64,000 nt of DNA from an uncultured Verrucomicrobiae bacterium (lineage in GTDB: Bacteria > Verrucomicrobiota > Verrucomicrobiia > Chthoniobacterales > JAFAMB01), in NCBI GenBank assembly GCA_963782115.1, contig CAWAIK010000001.1, positions 256,001-320,000 on the forward strand. Direction: 5' to 3'. Shown here in pieces: positions 62,648-64,000 of the stretch. The notes beneath the pieces were generated by a model that had not been told where the DNA came from, did not search any database, and saw nothing but the letters and a program-made list of their open reading frames with translations. The translations under genes were made by a program, and so were the position numbers. Positions within the stretch are counted from its first letter, which is position 1, and each line of letters opens with the position of its first letter.

Positions 62648-64000
62648 GCGCGAACGGAACTCTCTTGCCAGTATGTTGACCACAATCTCATTCAAGAAGA
62701 CCATAAGAACCCCGATGATCATCTCTTCCTTCTTAGTGCATGTCAGCGGTTCGGGATCTGGTATAGTCGGGCTGGCAATGGCGTCAGCCATCCGGTACAT
62801 CAGGAGCGATTCGGCAGGCCAGGGAAGACAATGCTCGGTTCCGACAGCCATACGCCGGCTGCAGGAGCGATCGGGATGCTCGCCATTGGACCCGGCAGCC
62901 TGGAAGTCGCCATGGCCATCGCGGGAGAGCCTTTCTATGTTGAAATGCCATTGGTCTGGGGAATCAGACTGACGGGAACGCTTCCCGATTGGGTGTCAGC
63001 CAAAGATGTTATCCTGGAGATGCTGCGGCGTCACAAGACTGAGGCGGCAGAGGGGCACTGAAATCTATCAGACCTATATCGGCTCATCGGCCAATCCCGG
63101 TTACCGGGATTTCGCGATCGTCGCTGAAATGGTGCGCGGAAGGACAGCGCACCCGCGGGTCTCCTTGGACATCAATCCATCATCGCGACAGATTCTCGAA
63201 AATCTGATTCGTGACGGGTATATTGGTCCGCTCATCCGTGCGGGGGCGCGCCTCCATCAGGCGGGTTGCGACGGATGCATCGGCATGGGCCAGGCGCCGG
63301 CGACCGATACGATCAGCTTGCGGACAGTCCCTCGAAACTTCCCGGGACGGTCGGGGACACGCGAGGACAAAGTGTGTCTTGTCAGCCCCGAAACGGCTGC
63401 TGCATCGGCACTAAAGGGAGTCATTACCAATCCAGGTACATTGGGAATTGCCTATCCACGGGTTAGTGAGCCGGACAACATCATCATCAACACAGAAATG
63501 CTCCTGCCACCATTGCGTCTTGAAGAGGCACGCAAGGTAAAGATCGTGAAAGGGCCGAACATTGCCTCACTTCCTGACCTCGCGCCGCCTCCAGATGTCC
63601 TTGAGCTGCCGATCCTGTTGAAGCTCGGCGACAACATCTCAACTGACACGATTTCTCCCGCAGGTGCACGCGCTCTTCCCTTCCGCAGCAACATCGCGCG
63701 GATCGCGAAATTCGCGTATGACATCGTCGATGGGACCTACCACGATCGCGCTATTGCTGTCCGCGCTCAGGGCGGGCATGCTATCGTGGGAGGAGGCAAT
63801 TATGGTCAGGGTTCGAGTCGCGAGCACGCCGCGCTGGCACCGCGATCTCTTGGCTTACACCTAGTCATCGCCAAGGGCATGGCACGGATTCACTGGCAAA
63901 ACCTTGTGAATTTTGGCGTTTTGCCTCTCATCTTCATGGATGCGACCGATTACGATCGCCTTGGGCAAGGTGATATCATTCGGGTGGAAAGTATTTACGC
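62648..64000 (+). pseudogene. Aconitate hydratase family gene, 5'-truncated with internal deletion and frameshift (runs off window)
   Basis: YVDHN, GNGVSH, GSDSHT, SAKD in one frame; after about 63055 a second open frame gives IGSSAN, CDGCIG, RNFPGR, ISTDTISP, NYGQGSSREHAA. Confidence 0.85.

Overview
Bacterial chromosomal window of about 55% GC (estimated by eye). It is probably from a soil Verrucomicrobiota (Chthoniobacterales/Spartobacteria-like) genome; this is inferred from the DHGTV DnaA signature, the gene content and the intergenic repeat style. The left part holds metabolic and transport genes (rtcB, HpcH aldolase, 2-hydroxyacid dehydrogenase, APC-USP permease, MFS pump, gdhA with a cNMP-binding partner, leuA). 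It also holds a dnaA gene preceded by clustered DnaA boxes but not followed by dnaN. The middle carries signalling genes, a 2.37 kb frameshifting IS that inserted into the GTAG end of a REP-like repeat (3-bp target duplication), katE, and a MetE-like gene overlapping a PAS hybrid kinase. The right part is a stress/carbohydrate region: two glycogen-debranching paralogues, GT4, an ACAD/NodS/GT2/deacetylase cluster, and an Fpg/Nei glycosylase. From about 54 kb to the end many genes are fragments fused to one another by deletions (TPP enzyme/GMC, barrel protein/ArsB/hydrolase, aconitase). No rRNA, tRNA or CRISPR array was seen. The best candidates for uncharacterised systems are the MetE-like/PAS-kinase pair, the ACAD-NodS-GT2-deacetylase cluster, gdhA-cNMP and the REP-targeting IS; none is shown here to be novel.
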